NCBI GenBank assembly: GCA_024137785.1
Contig: JAHRHZ010000047.1
Location: 9,986,331 to 10,050,330, forward strand
Direction: 5' to 3'
DNA: 64,000 nucleotides
From: Ginglymostoma cirratum
Taxonomy: Eukaryota
Below are positions 36,811 to 50,387 of this stretch, piece after piece (the first letter of the stretch is position 1; every line of letters begins with the position of its first letter). The notes beneath the pieces were generated by a model. That model had not been told where the DNA came from. It worked only from the letters and a program-made list of their open reading frames with translations, and did not search any database. The position numbers and the translations under genes were made by a program.

Positions 36811-38502
36811 TAATGGTAAACAACAGCATCAAAAAAAGTCTGACAAAGTTATGTAAGTTCACCCAAAGAAGTAATTGACACCTTATGGAATTACTTTGTG
36901 AGATATCTTGAAAATGTAATTGCTGCTGCTGAGCTCTGACAGGCCTTTAGGTGATAGAATGCAGTCTGTTAACTTTAAATTTCTTATTTGCATCCAAGCA
37001 CTCCATAGCACAGAACATTTAATTCTTCTATTTTACTTAAAATATATTTATCCAAATAAATTTTATCTTAAAGAGAAAAATGAGGCAAAAATAGCAGTAA
37101 TGTATGAAATATTTATGCACAGGACAGAATTCAATTCCACTAATCTTTTGCTTTATGAATGGGATACTATATGAGCTTAATAAGTATGCTAATGAGGAGG
37201 TAAGTCTCCATTGATTCCAGTAGCCATGCTTATTTTTTTTTAAATGAATTATGACATTCTCTTCAGTTTTCACTTCCCTCTCCTGACAGCGATTGACTCC
37301 TGCTGAGCTATAATTTCACAAGCATTTGGCTCCTCAATAACCACAGTTTAACTGTGAACCTAAAGAATTAGTTTTGTTCTATCTTACCATGAAGAACAGT
37401 TTTTTCCCCCTCATTTCAGCCAAAGAGCATGCAAACCAATTGTAAAACAGCATTAAGTGTCAACAGCTAAATTAGCGCAGAATAACAAAGGTTTGTCAAC
37501 TATAGGTCTATTTGGCTCAGTTCTGGAGTCAGAAAGTGACATGTCACTGCAAGGAAATTGTAAAGCCGTGTTTCAATGTAAACACATAATGGTACGTGGA
37601 GAAAATGAGTAATTATGGACTGGCAATGTGCAAAGACAATCTTTTACTCCATGTGTATTTTTAGATCTAACCCTATCCCCACTTAGAAATAACTGGAGCT
37701 CCAGTTATCTCTAAATGCCCTCTCTGCATTGACATCAGGTCTCAGTTCTACCAACCTGAAAATGTTTGGTTCACTTTCAATAAGCGAAATAAGATTCTTC
37801 GTCCATTAGTCATTTGTAACCACTGGGCATTGGGATACCTGTCACAAGTGAGTGCTTGGTGCTGAAGAATTGTTCTGCATTCATTCTCAAGCTAATTACA
37901 GTCTTGGATTGGCAATAAAGAGGTATAAAATGAGGAAGGTTTGCATTGATATAACACAATTTCTTTAGTTCAGGCTGTCCCAAATCCCTGTGCAATTCTC
38001 CTGAAGTTAGAGGAAATGTAGCAATGAATTTGCACACAACATGTTCCCAGAAACTGCAATGTGATAAAGACCAGATCATTTGCTTCAGAAATGCTGTTGA
38101 TGGTTAAATATTGACCAGGACAAAAGGACATAGGACACAAGTAGGCAATAATATGGCAAATCATTTCTGCTTTTTCTGTTGCGATTCTACTCATGCCCCA
38201 AACGAGGAGTATGGGATTGATCAGCTGTGTGTGGCAACTGTCACAAAGCATCTAAATCCCGACTTCCCTAATTTTTGAGAATAGACTAGTGCCTGAATCA
38301 TGCTTAGAGACCTCTGTGAACATTTCACTTTAGATTCTCCAACTCAGCCTTATTACAACACAAGTGTTAACTTCCTGATTTTAAATTGCCAACATCCATT
38401 TAAATATGGCAGCATTAATTTGTTCTGATATCTTCTGTGAAATTTAGAGGAGACACAGAACACAAAGGATGATTTACAGAACGTCTTGTTTTACTTCTTA
38501 GT

Positions 38503-38860
38503 ATCATAGAATCCCTACGGTGTGGAAGCAGGCCATTTGGCCCATTAAGTCCATACTGACCTTCCAAAGATCATCCCACCCTAACCCACCCCCCTTTCTC
38601 TCTCTCTGTAACCCTGTATTTCCTGTGGGTAACCCATCTAGCCTGCACATTCCTGAACACTATGGGCAATTTAGCATGGCTAAACCACCTAACCTGCACA
38701 TCTTTGGACTGTGGGAAGAAACTGGTGCACCCAGAGGAAGCCCACACAGACACGGGGAGAATGTGCAAACTCCACAATGACGGTCACCTGAGGCAGAAAC
38801 TGAATGCAGGTCCCTGCTGCTGTGAGGCAGCAGTGCTAACCATTGAGCCACCATGCCACC
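38503..38860 (-). mobile_element. HE1-type V-SINE
   Basis: Full-length match to the family. Confidence 0.87.
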
Positions 38861-39879
38861 GTTTATGCAACTAAATAATAAATTATATGTATGCTGGACA
38901 ATATAAAATATTACATTTTTGCAAAAAAAGTACAACATAAGAAAGCAGTGACTGCAATAGAATTAGTGCAGGGTGACTTAAAGGATGTTGCCATAGTAAT
39001 AGAATGATCATTTTCAATTGCAAACGATGTAGTAAAGCAATTTAATGAGCAAACAATATGCTGAGAACCATACAGTACAATTCTATCAAGGTTATGCTGT
39101 ATAATGCTAAACTAAGGTTGAGTACCATTATTTTCTAATGGAGGGTTATTGGATTGAAAAGCTAATTGTTTCTTTCTTCACAGGTGCTGCCTGATCTGAT
39201 GTTCTTTTTTCATTTTGGCCAGATGATATCTTAATTTATTTCTGATCCTCACACTACAAAAGATAATGTACATATATTGGAAAGGCTACAGAAAGGAGCA
39301 ACACAATTTTGCCATTACATCTGTCTTTACATATGTCAATTTCCAGAAGTCACTTAGTTAAGGACGCAAATCAATTTTAAATTACAGGCTATGGCCTGAA
39401 ATGTTCACATTCTAGTCATCATAGTTTCTTATGCAAGCAATTAAAATCCAGCTTACTTTGGCTTGTGTTTAGTCAATGGAAATTAGATTTTGTACCCTTA
39501 AAGAGGTATGCCTGAACATTCAAAGAATAATACATTCTGAATTGTATCCTATAATGCTACCACCTTTATAAACTAAAATGCCATGACTTTATCATGAACC
39601 ATACTACAGTAGATCCAATTGTAAGAAGGCCTGGAGACTTTCTGTTACAAAGATATGATGAGATACATTTTTTAAAAAAAGAAAAATAGTAATTTCTGAG
39701 ATATAAACAGTTAAAATGTGTTTTCATAAAGGCTTCAGTAACCACACTTAAAAAGACACATTTGTAAAGATATCCTTTCTGACCATTTCCTTAGATTTCC
39801 TTTGGTCATCTGCTATGTCATAAACATAATATTGTAGAAATAGCATTGAATTTTGAGACCTGCATTGCTAACTGGTCAT

Positions 39880-40297
39880 CAGCTTGCTTGTAACACCTCA
39901 CCTCTGTGTGATTAGGTGTTCAAGTTTGACTCCAGGATTTATGCATGAAAGTGCAGGCTGACACTTTGGTGCAGTACTGATGGACTGCTGGAAGTGCCAT
40001 CTCTCAGATGAGATATTAAACTGTGCACCTGTTTATCTTTCAGATGGGGTGCTATTTCGAGGAACACCCAGTGATGTTCTCCCTGGTGACTTGCCCAATA
40101 TTTAGTCTGCAATCAGGAGCACAAATATGGATTAACTGTTCATTATCACACCACTGTTAGTGGAAGCCTCCTACACTCAAATTGACTCTTGTCTTTCTTT
40201 TATAGTAACAGTGACTACCCTTCAAAAACAATTGGCTTTAAGGAGTTCTGGGACTGCCAATGGCCTTGAAAGCTGCTATATAAATGCATTTTTCTTT
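39880..40297 (+). mobile_element. Deu-domain (SacSINE1-like) SINE
   Basis: tRNA-like head and tail CAGTGACTACCCTTCAAAA..GAAAGCTGCTATATAAATGCA. Confidence 0.65.
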
Positions 40298-41574
40298 TTT
40301 CCAATTGACTTGAAATAGTGCAATTTGTTAGATTAAGGAAATATGTTATTTAGAATCCCATAACTTTATTTTGTATAGCCTCTGTTGCTTTTAAAGATGC
40401 ATGACACAAGCTCTATTTTTAATGATAAGCCTCAGTATTGAACAGGTTGGTATTTTACTGACACAGAACAATTTGTTTTTCTAATATTATTCAGCTTTGT
40501 TCCTGATATGAAAAGGTTCTGTAGCAAAAGTAAAGTAAATGTATTGGTGGCTTGTTTGAAGCTTTATATTATTAGATCTCCCATTATCTAGTATTTCAGC
40601 GCTCAGTGACAGCACAGTTCTGCAGAAGAATACTTCTTCAAAGATAATTTATGTTTATTTACCATGAAGTCAGGATTCAAGAAAAATTATATTTGATACA
40701 TCTAACTTGTGTAGTTCCCAGAAGGAAGAATATTAATTGTAAGATCACCCATATCAAAATCTTTGAATTCTTTGTCACCTTTCACCTTGTGCTCAAAACT
40801 TTGCATTTCAGCCTAGCTATCCAACAGCTTTCTCAACCCAACATTCAAACTTTTCTCTCTCGATCATGAAGCTTCTCCCCTTGCTTTATTTTAACAATAG
40901 AAGTGGGTTTGGGGATTCAATACTGCTGGGTTTAAACAAAGAGGAATCTCCCTTTCTCATGTCCTAAGCCACGTATGTCCAGCCTGCTTTGGCTAAAACA
41001 AGAGAGAATAGGCACATATTCTAAGTCCCACTTCTGGTCAATGAAAAGGAAAATGAAGACGAAGAGCCAGGAACTACTTTTCCCCTCCCCTTGCCCTTCA
41101 ATCACCACAGCTGTTTTCCTCCAATCCCAATGGCAGGTCTATGAATACCACCCATTTCTCCAGCTCCCCTTCTACAGAAGAAAATTCAGGGTATTCATAC
41201 AATGAGAAGAGGATAGAACTTAGCATCATGGGTCTTCAGCCCTCTCTTCTCAGCTCTCACCCAGGATATAGCATTTCTTGAGTGTATTGTGAAGAAATGC
41301 TCACTCGCAGACACTCAAAATTGGAATAGCTCATCTTTCTCAGCACTCATTCCTCTTTCAATTAATAATGAATATTCTCAACTTCTCCCATTTCTTCCTC
41401 TGTTCCCCACAACTGGTTAATCATATGACAAGTCTTAGCTTTCCATCAAGGTTTGTGGTTTCAGAAACAAAGTATAATACACAATTTTTAGTTCTAGAGG
41501 GAAATCTCTTCGAAGAAAAAGCAATGGTTTAGCGCCATATGCTTCCACCTTTTGAAGTCTAGGTTCAAATTTAA

Positions 41575-42085
41575 TCTCACCTTTTTACAGGTGCACCATT
41601 GAAAGCATCCTATCTGGATGCATCACAACATGGAATGGCAACTGCTCTCCCTGAGAACGCAAGAAATTACAGACAGTCATGAATAGAGCCCAGTCCATCA
41701 CAAAAACCAGCCTTCCATCCATTGACTCCATTTATACTTCCCACTGCCTCAGGAAAACAACCAACATAATCAAAGACCCTTCCCACCCCAGTTATACTCT
41801 CTATCACCCTTTTCCTTCAGATGGAGGATATAAGAGTTTGAATATATGTATGAACAGATTCAAGAATAGCTTCTTCCCCATGTCAGACTTTTGAACAGAC
41901 CTCTGAAATGTTAATGTTTATCTCCCTCTCTCTGCACCTTCTGTGCAGCTGTAACACTGTATTCTGCACTCTGTTTTGCTACCCTGATGCCCTTTGTATG
42001 GTATGATCTGTCTGTATAGCATGCAAAACCACACTTTTCACTGTATTTCGGTTCATGTGACATCAAAAAATCAAACAAACAAACA
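41575..42085 (+). mobile_element. L2-clade LINE 3' end
   Basis: FYRCTIESILSGCITTW..LPSIDSIYTSHC..IIKDPSHP..RFKNSFFP, with tail TTTTCACTGTATTTCGGTTCATGTGAC..(CAAA)n. Confidence 0.88.
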
Positions 42086-42494
42086 AATTTGCACTTTAGG
42101 GTAATTCTGCGCTTTATGGTGGCTTTGCTGTCCCTGGTGAAATAAAAACATAAGAAGCTGGAACTGGAGTAGGCAATTCAGCCTGTTGAGCTACTTCATC
42201 ATTTAACATGATTGTGGCTGACTTTTCACAGCTTCAACGTCACTTGATCAGAAATTGTTCATATAGTGAGATGAAAGTTTCCGAATTCTCTTGAATGGTT
42301 CAACAAAGCTTTAGGTTATTATTGTCCCTGAAAGACGATGTTGGCAATACAGAATTTTATCAATATGTTCTATAGTCTTCAACTTATTTATGTGTTACAG
42401 TCAAAGAGTGGAGTGGGGAGATTTATGAAGTTGTGATAAACTATAAATCTCTTCTTTTTAAACTTTCGTGTAAACCAGAGTAATGCTGTGACTA

Positions 42495-42640
42495 AAATAG
42501 CAGAAAATACTGGAAGAACTCAGCAAGTCACGCAGCAGAGTCTTTCTCTCCACTCCATAGAGACTGCTGGCCATTTGGAACTTACCAGCATGTTCTGTTT
42601 TTATTTCAGAGTCCCAGCACCTGCAGTGTTTTGCTTTTGC
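42495..42640. mobile_element. Degenerate fold-back pLTR remnant
   Basis: CAGAAAATACTGGAAGAACTC loosely pairs with ACTTACCAGCATGTTCTG, followed by the family 3' end. Confidence 0.55.
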
Positions 42641-43156
42641 ACTGATTTGGCTTTTTATTTTGTTGCAAATTCCTGCTGAAGCCAATGCCAAAGGGAAGGG
42701 GAGGAATAAATAGGTAAACAAAATAAGCAACTGAAACGAGGCATGAAGAACAAGATGGCTTCGTGAAGTAAACATTAATCAAGATAGAATAGAAATGAAT
42801 CTTAGATGAATGAGAAATAAGAAAGGCAAAGCAGCACAACAGGATTTAAAGTAGAAGGTTAGACTCAGCAAATTCCAAGAGGAAGAAAACAATACGGGTG
42901 ATTAAGCTTATACAGAAAAGGAAAATGAAGAGAGTTGGAATAAGGGAGGACAGTCATATAAATGTGCTCCAAGGAGGGAGCTGTGGATTGGGATTTGTTT
43001 GAGGGGTTGGTGGGGTCAAGGGGGACAGGAATTTACAGCATGGCTTCTTTCCAGCTGAACTAACTCTGAGATGTTACTCTAAGCAGTACTCGTGGAAGTG
43101 AGTTGACTCAGAAACAAACCATACTACCACTTGATCCAGACAGATGGGCAGTCAAG

Positions 43157-43962
43157 GAAGAGCAAATTACTGCAGATGCTGGAATCTGAACTGAAAACAA
43201 AAAGTGCTGGAGATCACAGCAGGTCAGGCAGCATTCATGGTAGTATCTCCACCCTGTTCACCAGCTAAGGGCCTAAACAGTCTTCCCAGGTGAAGCACTG
43301 TTTCACCTGTACCTTCTCCAATCTTGTGTATTATATCCACTGCACCCAATGTGTCCTACTCTACATTGGAGAAACCAAGCGTAGACTGGGTGACCGCTTT
43401 GCAGAACACCTTTGGTTTGTGCACAAGCATGACCCTGACCTTCCCATAGCCGGTCATCTTAACACAGCGTCCTACTCACATACCCACATGCCTGTCCTTG
43501 GCATGCTGCAGTGCTCCAGTGAATCACAGTGCAAACTGGAGGAACAACATCTCACCTTCAGACTAGGCACTTTACAACCTTCTGGACTTAATATTGGACT
43601 TAATGTTGAACACATCTTCAAATTGTGAACCCATTCCTTCCTTTTCTTTTAGCTTTGCTTGTTATATGTTCTGTCACCCACTCTCCCCTCCCCTCACCCC
43701 AGAAGGACACCCTGTTCTTTCCAGTCTGGTCGTTAGACACACCATTGTTCTGCCATTCTCACATTCCGATCACTTAATCTGAACTATTAACATCTTTGCT
43801 TCCCCAACACTCCACAAACCCCACCCCCCTCTATTGCATAAACGCTGGCCCCTCATACTTCATGTCAGCTCTGTTGAAAAGTCATCTGGACTTGAAACGT
43901 TAGCTTGTTTTCTCCCCATGGATACTGTCTGACCCGCTGCGATCTCCAGCACTTTTTGTTGC
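43157..43962 (+). mobile_element. 5'-truncated Penelope-like retroelement: GIY-YIG endonuclease, pLTR and inverted 5' pLTR
   Basis: ORF 43290-43628 FTCTFSNLVYYIHCTQCVLLYIGETKRRLGDRFAEH. 43160-43240 is an inverted copy of the 3' end. Imperfect 16-bp TSD at 43141-43156 and 43963-43978. Confidence 0.9.
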
Positions 43963-45479
43963 CAGATCTGCAGTCAAGATGTGGATGTTTGATTAGGGAG
44001 CCTCACTGAATAATGGGAGCTGAGGGGGAATAAACCTCTCATCATAGACTTTTATTTTATTGACTCAGATTTTTCTATGTTACAATAGTGACTACACCAA
44101 AAACATATTTTGTCAGCTTTGATGCATTTGGGGACATCCTTTTCTAAGTACAGCTGTTATGTGTCAGCTGGGAAAGGAAACATAAAGAAATTTTCCCTGT
44201 TAATAAGTCACGCCGCACTTGAAGTTAAACTCCAGCGTGATGCTGGAAGTTAAACTAGACTAGACGAGACTAAGTGATCTCTCACAACCTATGAATTAGA
44301 ATACCCTTTCCTATATACATATATCATGTAACTCTGAGTATGATGAGCTCTATCATTGTATTTAAGACTATGATCTCCTCCAAGAGTGGGAAAATAAACA
44401 ATGTAGCAGTCTGTGCCTTACATTAAAAACTTTGGAATAATTTTATTAATAAAGAAAGCAGTGGAGGAAGCAGCACAAGAGATGACAGTAGGTTACAGAA
44501 CATAGCCTTTTTCACAGTGAATGCAGAAAAAAATGGAAGCAATGCTTTTATAATGCTGTTATTAACACCCAACACATAATATCATCATCATGTGATGACT
44601 TCCAATGTTCCTGCCTGTGTGTTGTTAGCTTCAGCACAACCAATGAACTGAGGGCACAATCCCTGAAATATAAATTTCCATTCTTTGGAGATTGACTGGC
44701 GACAAAAGAAATGGAAAGTATATCTTATAGAATCAGACAAATCTGCCAGTCAAGCATCAATAAAATTGCCAGATTACCTGTAAAACTGGTGATTAGCTGC
44801 TGGGGAGTGTCAGCTATGTCCATTTATGGTGTCAAACCAAAGTCTATTAGACACTTGACTCAAATTCCTTTCCACTGAATGTACTGTTCCCCAGATAAAA
44901 GCACATCATTGTGCCAAATGGTAATCATTTTCTCTTACATATACTATATTTAAATATTTGCCCTTAACACAACATTAAACAAAAAAAAAAGAGATTGGAC
45001 AACGAGGAAGTTCTGTTTAATGGACTAAAGATACACAAGAAAAAAAAACTGCAGATCTTCAAATAGTTACAATTAAAAAGTGTTAGAAACATTTAGTGAG
45101 TCAGCCCAGGAATCAGTTATAGAATGGTGCAGCGTAGTACGTGGGCACATGGCACTTTGCAAGAGCTGTTCACTAATGCTCTTCTCCCATAGTCCTGTCA
45201 TTTTAACCCCCACCGGCAATGTGTTTCTCCAATGCCCCATTTGAGGCTACTGGAACTTTTTCCACCATCCTCAGTGCATTCTAGACCACATATCTGCGCA
45301 AAACCTGGCTTTGGACTCTTTTGCCAAACATATCAAACCCTTTCGTCACTGTGGAGACAAGTGACAACTTAACATTTCAAGCCCTTCGTCCGTGCTAAAA
45401 GATGTTGCTGTAAATTCACACTCCATTCTTTCTTCCTGAATGCTGACAGAAGGTTATACCTGAAACAAAAGTTTGCTAC

Positions 45480-46040
45480 TTGTCTCTATTAGAGCCAAAA
45501 TATCTGGGCATCCCTGAGGAAGTGTGGGCCACCAGCAGCAGTACAGCCTACAACCTCATAGCCTGGCATATTTTCTGCTCTACCATTACCATCAAGCCAG
45601 GGGATCAACCTGGGTTCAATGTAGAGTGCAGGAGGGCAGACCAGGAACAGCACCAGGCACACTAGACAATGAGGTTTCAACCTGTTAAAGCTACAAATCA
45701 AGACTAGTTGCATGCTAAGCAACATAAGCAGCAAGTGATAGACAGAAATATATGATTCCTCAACTGATTGGTCAGATCTAAGCTCTGCAGTCCTGCTCTA
45801 TCCAGTTGTGAATAGTGGTCAAATAGTGAATAGTGTTAAACACTCACTAGAGGAGGAGGTTCCACAAATACCCATATCCTCAATGATGGGGGATCCCAAT
45901 ATATCAGTGCAAAAGACAGGGCTGAAGCATTTGCACCAATCTTCAACCAGAAAAGCTGAGTGGATGGCTCATCCTGGTCTCCTCCAGAGGTCTCTAGCAT
46001 CACAGATGTCAATCTTCAGCCAATTGGATTCACTCCAATA
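45480..46040 (+). mobile_element. CR1/L2-group LINE ORF2 linker fragment
   Basis: ITIKPGDQPGFN (DQPWFN-like) and downstream KAEAF..IF-type motifs, decayed. Confidence 0.6.
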
Positions 46041-46248
46041 AATCTCTCATCCTTCTAACCTCAAAGGGATAAGGATTCATCTTGTCCAATCTTCCCTCAT
46101 GAATTGAGCCATGCCACATTCCAGATTTACATTTTATATTGCATATCAGTGGTGTTTTGAATGGAATTGAATTGTGGCATTACCTGAAATGAAAACAGTC
46201 TGTATATACTTAATGAAGATATATTTTGACGCATTTAGCAACACAATA

Positions 46249-46573
46249 ATGGTGGCACGCTGGTTAGCACTGCTGCCTCACAGCACCAGGGACCTGGGTT
46301 CAAATCCAGCCTTGGGCAACTGTTTGTTCTCACTTTGTCTGTGTGAGTTTCCTCCTGCAGCCCAAACATGCGCAGGTTAGTTGGATTGGCCGTGCTAAAA
46401 ATTGCCCTGTAATGACCAGGAATGCGTATGTTAAGTGGGTTAGCCATCGTACAAAAGCCCATGCTGGGTTGCAGGGATGGAGTGGATTTTGGATGGAATG
46501 CTCTTAGAAGGGTCAGTGCATGCTCGACGGGCCAAATGGCATCTTTCTGCACTATGGGGGATTTTGTGATTCT
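46249..46573 (+). mobile_element. HE1-type V-SINE (degenerate)
   Basis: TGGTTAGCACTGCTGCCTCACAGCACCAGGGACCTGGGTTCAAATCC head. Confidence 0.8.
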
Positions 46574-46649
46574 AAAACAACTGTGGCACCCTAAATGCTC
46601 CATACTGCTCGACAAATAATTGGGTGAATCAATCCTGACAACCTGTGTT

Positions 46650-47099
46650 TTCAGTGTCTGGATGAGGTAAAGTATCTGTTCCCCCGAGTATAAGGTGTGA
46701 GTCTGTGTGTGTGCTTCCTAAGGAGAAAGTGGGGCTTTGTCAGCAGTTGAGTTTGGGGAATTCTGAAGGTTAGGGTCAGGTTTCTACACGTGTCTAACAT
46801 GCTGAGCAAAAAAGACTGGAGTGTGGAAGAGGCGAGGTGCAGGAGGCTGAGTCTGTTCTGCAGTGCTATTGAGTGCAGTTGCTGTGAGTGTGCATGTTCG
46901 AGACGCATTGCCACTCTCGTCCTCTCTCGCTGCACGGTAAGAGCATTAATCCTTCCTCACTGCAGCTTGGATCTGCCCCCAACAGAAATAACCTGAACTG
47001 AACAGAGATACTCCGGCTGACTGGAAGTGTACCTTCCCTCCGGACCTGCTCTGCCTGCAGAAAGCTCAGCACCTGGAAATCTCCTTGTCCCTTTCCAAG
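46650..47099 (+). promoter_or_regulatory. Candidate promoter / non-coding first exon of the GnRH receptor
   Basis: Unique, GC/CpG-richer stretch with two good donors (CACG|GTAAGA near 46936 and CAAG|GTAAGA at 47099/47100) upstream of the 50220 acceptor. Inference only. Confidence 0.4.
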
Positions 47100-47996
47100 G
47101 TAAGAGATGATTAAAAGGGATATCAAAGAGAGTTATGTTTTTTTTTCTAAACATTTTAAATTGAGGATCGAGACAATTGAAGAAGTAATGCGCAATAACA
47201 CCATTCGCGCTTTTAGACCTCCATAAACTTTTCCAGGCATTTCAGTGTGTTTCGATGGGAATAAAAGGCTGAGCGGATGTGTCAGCTAATGATAGAGGTC
47301 TGTTGGTGCAGCCTGCAATACAGTTTCTGCCTCAGTCAATCTTCAACGTGAAAGAGTTACTCTCCTGAAATTCAAACTCCCCCCAACCTTCTCCCTCTGG
47401 TCTGTTACATCGTGCTGAAAATAATATCTCCCACTGGGTTAATTTTCACTAATGATTAATGGGTCCTAGCTGTAGAATACACTTCCTAAATCTTTCTGCC
47501 CGTCTCTCCCCGTGCCCCGCCAAAATCCTCCTTTAACCATAGACCCGTTTCTGGAACCTAGTTTATGGCTCCCTGATTTCCCTCTTTATATGGCTCAGCA
47601 TCAAATTCTGCGTGTCTGTGCTATTGTGGAAGCCCTTGGGACATTTTGCTATGCTAAAGAAGCTATTTAAATTCAATTTGTACTTACACAGCGAGCTGTA
47701 ATCTCAGCAGAAATTGATTGATTTGGATCTTGCTTGCCCTCAGCAGTGGGACTGATTTATCCCTGCTGGTTCCTTCCCCCATCCCCACCCTCTTTAATCA
47801 CCTTTTATTCTTTCTCAATGTTTGATTTGTCAATTCTGAGCATGTTTTTGCAGGCAACCAGATTCCACTTTACCCAGGCCACTCATTATTTCGTTTGTAA
47901 CTTTCTTGCTCCATCCTTTCTTCCCCTCGTCAATACTCAAAAGCTGTTCCAATCCTCTTCTCTTTGGCCTCCTACAAAACCTGCATTGTCAAACAG

Positions 47997-48335
47997 TCAT
48001 AAAGATTTACAGCATGGAAACAGACCCTCTGGTCCAACTCGTCCATGGCGACCAGATATCCTAAATTAATCTGGTCCCATTTGCCAGCATTTTGCCCATA
48101 TCCCTCGAAACCCTTCCAATTCATATATCTATCCAGATACCTTTTAAATGTTGTAATTGTACCAGCCTCCACCACTTCCTCTGGCAGCTCATTCCATACA
48201 CACACCACCCTCTGCATGAAAATGTTGCCCCTTAGGTCCCTTTTAAATCTTTCCGCTCTCACCTTAAACCTATGCCTTGTAGTATTAGACTCCCCTACCC
48301 TGGGGAAAAGCACTTGACTATTCACCCTATCCATG
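47997..48335 (-). mobile_element. CR1 3' end
   Basis: MDRVNSQVLFPRVGES..RGNIFMQRVVCVWNELPEEVVEAGTITTFKRYLD. Confidence 0.88.
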
Positions 48336-48499
48336 GCTGTCATCATTGTGCTGTTGTCTTCCTGAAATTGTCTACTGGGAAATGTGGTGAGGGAACACAT
48401 GTCTTATTCTCATCTGTAGGAGCTTGTTCTTTGCCCAGAAATGAATTTAACATCAAGGTTAGGTTTGAGCAAAGGAAATTGAAGTGTGCATTTTTTAGG

Positions 48500-48822
48500 A
48501 TAGGTTTTGATAAAATAAGCAAAAAACAAACTGTTCCTATTCGCTGAAGGTACAAGGATGAGGAGACACAGATTTAGAATTTTTTGAGGAAGAACCACCA
48601 AGAGATTATGAAGAAGAGCTATTTTACACAGTGAGTGATGATGAGCTGGAACTTGTGAGCATGGTGGTAATGGGCAGTCAATGATTTCAAAAAGAAATTG
48701 AATAGAGAGAAATAAACTTGCCGAGCCATGAGGATAGATGAGGCTAACTGGATTGTTCAACAGGGAGCTAGCATGGACTCAATGAGCCTAATTGCTTCCT
48801 TCTATGCCATTTGGACTCTATG
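48500..48822 (+). mobile_element. Old CR1 3' end
   Basis: Degenerate CR1 3' UTR (…ttttacacagtgagtg…tttcaaaaagaaattg…catggactcaatgagcc…). Confidence 0.55.
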
Positions 48823-49125
48823 TCTCAAACACCAAGCTGGGTATCAGGTATTTCTCCAGCTCCTCATTTAGTCCATCTTATCCATAGTTTATTTTATTGC
48901 AACCTCTCCAGTCTGTGGTTCCTATTGTTTAATTTGTAGGCCATGTGGCTTCTTCTCGAGTTTCTTACATTTCCATGCATCTCCCACTCCCCTATTCTAA
49001 CTCAGCTTTCTAAATCTTTCAAATAAGTTTCTGTGTTGTTTTATAGAATGAGATGGGTGAAACCTCTATGCTGCTCTCATCCTGTCCAGTTGTGTTCAGG
49101 TACAGGCCACCAGGATTATTGCTTG

Positions 49126-49303
49126 CAACAAAAACAAAGTCGCTGGAAAAGCTTGTCTGGCAGCGTCTGAGGAAGGGTCACCGGACCCGAAACATTAACT
49201 CTGTTTTTTAACTTCACAGATGCTGCCAGACCTGCTGAGCTTTTCCAGCAACTTTGTTTTTGTTCCTGATTTACAGCATCCGCAGTTCTTTCGGTTTTCA
49301 TTT
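49126..49303 (+). mobile_element. Short fold-back Penelope-like insertion with 14-bp TSD
   Basis: TSD AGGATTATTGCTTG at 49112-49125 and 49304-49317. Core CTGAGGA-A-GGGTC-ACCG-GACCC-GAAACATT at 49167-49196. Confidence 0.85.
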
Positions 49304-50220
49304 AGGATTATTGCTTGGATGTGTTAGTACCTGATTTCTGAAGGTTTCATCATTGCTACCCCTAATTTCTCAGCTGTAGGTCTGATCAATGCTCAGGCAC
49401 AAGCCTTAGGAGCGCTCCCACCTTTCGGTCGGAAGGTTGTGAATTCCAGCCTTGTTCAAGACATGAGCAAAACATTGATGATGATACCTCACTACAATAC
49501 TGGTAGAATATAGCACTGCTGGAGGGGCCCTTCTCTCAGTTTGAGATGTCAAAATGACTGCCCTCTTTGGTGGATGTAATGGTCCCGTTATTTTGAATTA
49601 TATTTATCCTGCAATTAATATCACCCAAACAAATTTTCTCATTATTATTATTTTTGTGAAATATAGTTATGTTTAGCTATTGCATTTCCTGTATCAGTTT
49701 ACAAGTAGTTAATTAAGTAAAGCATTATGAAATGTTCTGCTTTTCTTAATTCAACATGTGCAGGCATGTTATGATACATGCCTTAGATAGGTGGGACTTG
49801 ACTGTGGATCATCTGGCCCAGGGCTGGGGTCACTACCATTATACTGCAAGAGCCCTCCCTGAAATGTTCTGAGATTGAAAAAGGCAACTGTAGATACATG
49901 TAAGTCTTTCGTTGAGAAAAGGCACCATTGGTGACCGACAGTGAAGGCTTCACTGAGTCTAGCATCTTTGTGAAACTTGCCCATTCATAGTCAAGTTTAA
50001 TCTGTCCCCATCTGACATTGGTATATTTGTGCTTCCTGCAGAAGTCAGGGATTTGGTGAGGCGGCTCTAGCTGTGTTTTCAGGAGCACTGAGACCAATTG
50101 TAACAACACGATTGCCAACGAGCCAGAGGTCAGCTGCATTAGCAGAGACAAGCGATCATGATTGTGTCTCTGTCCATGCTGTTTTGTTCAATGTGTAACA
50201 TTCCTCTCATTTACTTACAG

Positions 50221-50387
50221 GCCCTAAGGACTGGGATACCTCCTCAGCACAATATCGATGTAAACAACTATGTGCATTTCCAGTTTTAAGATTCACATGA
50301 TCACCTGCCTATCACAGAAGAACTCCCACTGTGATTGATCCCATCAAACAAATATCCTATTACATATTGCACATCATAGCATTTAGG
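50221..50387 (+). other. Probable 5' UTR portion of the first coding exon, with short uORFs
   Basis: Strong acceptor ttcctctcatttacttacAG ends at 50220. ATG-TAA at 50258-50263 and a 22-codon uORF at 50270-50338. Confidence 0.55.

Noticed and set aside
50331-50387. N-terminal extension of the receptor ORF shown in the ORF track
   Set aside because: It starts at GTG. The first in-frame ATG is at 50388 and gives a normal glycosylated N-terminus.
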